Shown here: one piece after another, positions 28,663-30,672 of the stretch | Layout of the letters: each line of letters starts with the position of its first letter | Numbering within the stretch: the stretch's first letter is position 1 | Origin: Nitrospinales bacterium | GTDB lineage: Bacteria > Nitrospinota > Nitrospinia > Nitrospinales > JAJDAT01 | DNA: 30,672 bases | Reading direction: 5' to 3' | Assembly (NCBI GenBank): GCA_046757665.1 | Contig: JBHHYO010000028.1 | Location: 1-30,672, forward strand | The notes under the pieces: model-generated | What the model was told of the DNA's origin: nothing | The model's input: only the letters and a program-made list of their open reading frames with translations | The model's database searches: none | Translations under genes and position numbers: made by a program

Positions 28663-29763
28663 TCACCTTGCTTCGGCGAGGTGCGACAGCACCGTATTCA
28701 GCAGGCTCTGAGAAAACAGCTTCCCCGTCAGGTTTTCCCTGATCACCGCGCCGGCGCGATGAAATTCCCTCAACTCCTCGGGAGAAGGGGCTTGAGACAA
28801 AGCGACGCCGCTTTTCAAAATCACCTGCATGGACTTCTCATTATCCCGCCTGGTTTCCCGGACCAGCGTGCGCAGGAAATCCCGGCTCAAATCCCTCAGA
28901 ACGGCCTGTTGCTCCGCGGAAAGCGCGTCGAACTTTTTTTTGCTCATCAACACCCCGCCGGTGCCGTATCCCATACGCACCCGGGACATATACTTGACCT
29001 TGGAGAACCATTGCAGGGCCAGAGCGCCCAAGGGCGAGGAATACACGGTTTCGATCAAACCGGTCTGCAGGGACATCAGCACATCGGTGATGGAAAGCGG
29101 ATAAGGCGTCACCTTGATCACCCGGTACGCTTCTTCCACCAGCGGGTCGCCTTCCCACATCCAGGCTTTGGTTTGTCTGAGGTCATCGAGGCCGCGGATT
29201 TCCCGCCTGGAGAAAAAATGAATCCACCCGACCGGAACCCATCCCAGCAGAACATATCCCTTCTCTTCAAACCTGGCGGCAAAGTAATCCGCCATTTTCC
29301 GGTAAACGAATTCGACCTCCTGATCCTTCTCAAACAGGAAGGGCAGGTCCAAGACCCGGACTTCGGGCAAAATCTGTCCCAACCCCACTCCGGTAAAACC
29401 GGCGGCATGAACCTGGCCGATCCGCATTTTCCGGATGACGTCCTTCTCATCGCCGGAAATTCCCCCCGGATAAAACTTGAAAGAAACCTCGCCGCCGGTT
29501 TTGGCTCTCAGCTCCTTGTCCAGTACCCGCAGAACTTTCATCCAGTTCGAGCCTTCGGGAGCCAGGGTAGCGAATTTGATCCGGATACCGCCCGCATGAG
29601 CCGGAGCAAAGACCCCGGCAATAATCCAAACGGACAAAACCAGCGCCGCCACTCGAAGCCAACCGATTCCGAACCACCGGGTTCCGGAAAATCGCGGCGT
29701 TGACCGGAGAAAAACCCGGCGGCGGGAAGAACGCCGGCAGGCCCGCAACTCAAAACAGTTCAT
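28663..29763 (-). CDS. dctP: TRAP transporter substrate-binding protein (DctP/TatP type)
   Basis: IKFATLAPEGSNW, YPGGISGDE, KMRIGQVHAA, LPFLF, SLQTGLIE. Start uncertain. Confidence 0.9.
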   Translation of the reverse strand: MNCFELRACRRSSRRRVFLRSTPRFSGTRWFGIGWLRVAALVLSVWIIAGVFAPAHAGGIRIKFATLAPEGSNWMKVLRVLDKELRAKTGGEVSFKFYPGGISGDEKDVIRKMRIGQVHAAGFTGVGLGQILPEVRVLDLPFLFEKDQEVEFVYRKMADYFAARFEEKGYVLLGWVPVGWIHFFSRREIRGLDDLRQTKAWMWEGDPLVEEAYRVIKVTPYPLSITDVLMSLQTGLIETVYSSPLGALALQWFSKVKYMSRVRMGYGTGGVLMSKKKFDALSAEQQAVLRDLSRDFLRTLVRETRRDNEKSMQVILKSGVALSQAPSPEELREFHRAGAVIRENLTGKLFSQSLLNTVLSHLAEAR

Positions 29764-30607
29764 CGGCTGACTCCAAAAGTTTTTTGGCTTTGACTTTTGC
29801 CACCTGGTTGGCCAGGCGCTGTCCGGGCAGAATACCGGCGGGGGCGCTCAAAACCCCTTTCAAAAGAGTTTCGAACAACTGCCGGTCCTGGGTTTGGACC
29901 GCATAGGTGCGGGCATACATGACCTGATTCAACAAAAACCGGTTCTCCGTCAGCGCCAGGCTTTGTTCAAAATGCCGGCGCGCCTTCTCCGGGTTCCCGC
30001 CCAACAGCCGGGTTCGCCCACCGTAAAAACTCCCCAGAAACATGTGAGGCCCGGCATAGTGATAGGAAGGATCCAGTTCCAAAACCCGTTGCATGATCTT
30101 TTCGACCTTGGAAACATCCGCGAGCGCCGCAACGTCATCCAGGTTGAGCATCACCCACCCTCCCCAGCATTGCCCCAGCCAGAAAAGGGAAGGCAGGGCC
30201 GTGGCACGATGCAAAACGTTTTCCGTTTCCTCCAGGTTGCCGTCCAGTCCCGTCACGCCTCCCATGTCCTTTTCCAGGGCGAGCCGGGCGTACCGCCTGC
30301 CCCGCAGGTATAAAGCAGAGGCGCGGGCCTTGTCCTTGTCCTCCACAAAACTGAAGGCGTATCCGCAAAACCCTTCCGCCAACCTGTCAAGAAGTCGGAC
30401 ATTGGCCCCGTCGGCTTTCAAAAATCCTTCCAGCATTTTTAACTGGGCGGGGATGGCGTGCTCCGCCAGAACCGGGTCCTCCTCTTCCAAAAGGGAAGCC
30501 TGCTGATCCTCGACCAGCGGCAACGTGAATTTCACCGCCAACTCACGAACCGTGCAACCGTGAAAAACAAACATCACCAACCAAAAACCAATTATCTTCT
30601 TAGCCAT
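29750..30607 (-). CDS. TRAP-associated TatT-family TPR-like lipoprotein
   Basis: Lipoprotein signal (FHG-C), EEDPVLAEHAIPAQLKMLE, YAFSFVE, LYLRGRRY, LGGNPEKARRHFE, NQVAKVKAKKLL; directly upstream of dctP. Confidence 0.87.
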   Translation of the reverse strand: MAKKIIGFWLVMFVFHGCTVRELAVKFTLPLVEDQQASLLEEEDPVLAEHAIPAQLKMLEGFLKADGANVRLLDRLAEGFCGYAFSFVEDKDKARASALYLRGRRYARLALEKDMGGVTGLDGNLEETENVLHRATALPSLFWLGQCWGGWVMLNLDDVAALADVSKVEKIMQRVLELDPSYHYAGPHMFLGSFYGGRTRLLGGNPEKARRHFEQSLALTENRFLLNQVMYARTYAVQTQDRQLFETLLKGVLSAPAGILPGQRLANQVAKVKAKKLLESADELF

Positions 30608-30672
30608 AAGAGCACAATACTAGTACTTAATTGCGTAATTTAGAGTATTTTTTATAAAGTTGTTTTTGAGTA

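Overview
A bacterial chromosome segment that is mostly housekeeping genes with accessory sequence at both ends. The style is consistent with a Nitrospinota/deltaproteobacteria-like Gram-negative organism, but that is inference only. Left end (visibly AT-richer): a NYN/LabA-DUF88 PIN-like RNase gene that the ORF track missed and that runs off the window edge, an orphan membrane histidine kinase, queC, a decayed BrnT/BrnA-like toxin-antitoxin remnant, a protoglobin-PsiE fusion and a REP-like palindrome. Core, minus strand: two HtrA/DegP proteases, ligA, rplM-rpsI-argC-argJ and def-fmt-UDP-GlcA decarboxylase-radC-gmhA-hldE. Core, plus strand: DUF2065, a lipoprotein, an Hda-like ATPase, an OleC-like AMP ligase, an unknown lipoprotein and an ankyrin lipoprotein. 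Right end, minus strand: TRAP TatT/DctP, a predicted outer-membrane beta-barrel, a periplasmic cupredoxin-like protein and a methyltransferase. The best novelty candidate is the NYN locus: a sigma70 promoter, then a ~87-nt leader folding into a strand-specific 16-bp G-U-containing stem-loop, then a U7 tract and immediately the AUG of the RNase. This layout resembles RNA-antitoxin/RNase-toxin systems. The second candidate is the beta-barrel plus cupredoxin-like pair with a structured 5' leader. All assignments come from motif recognition by eye; no searches were run.
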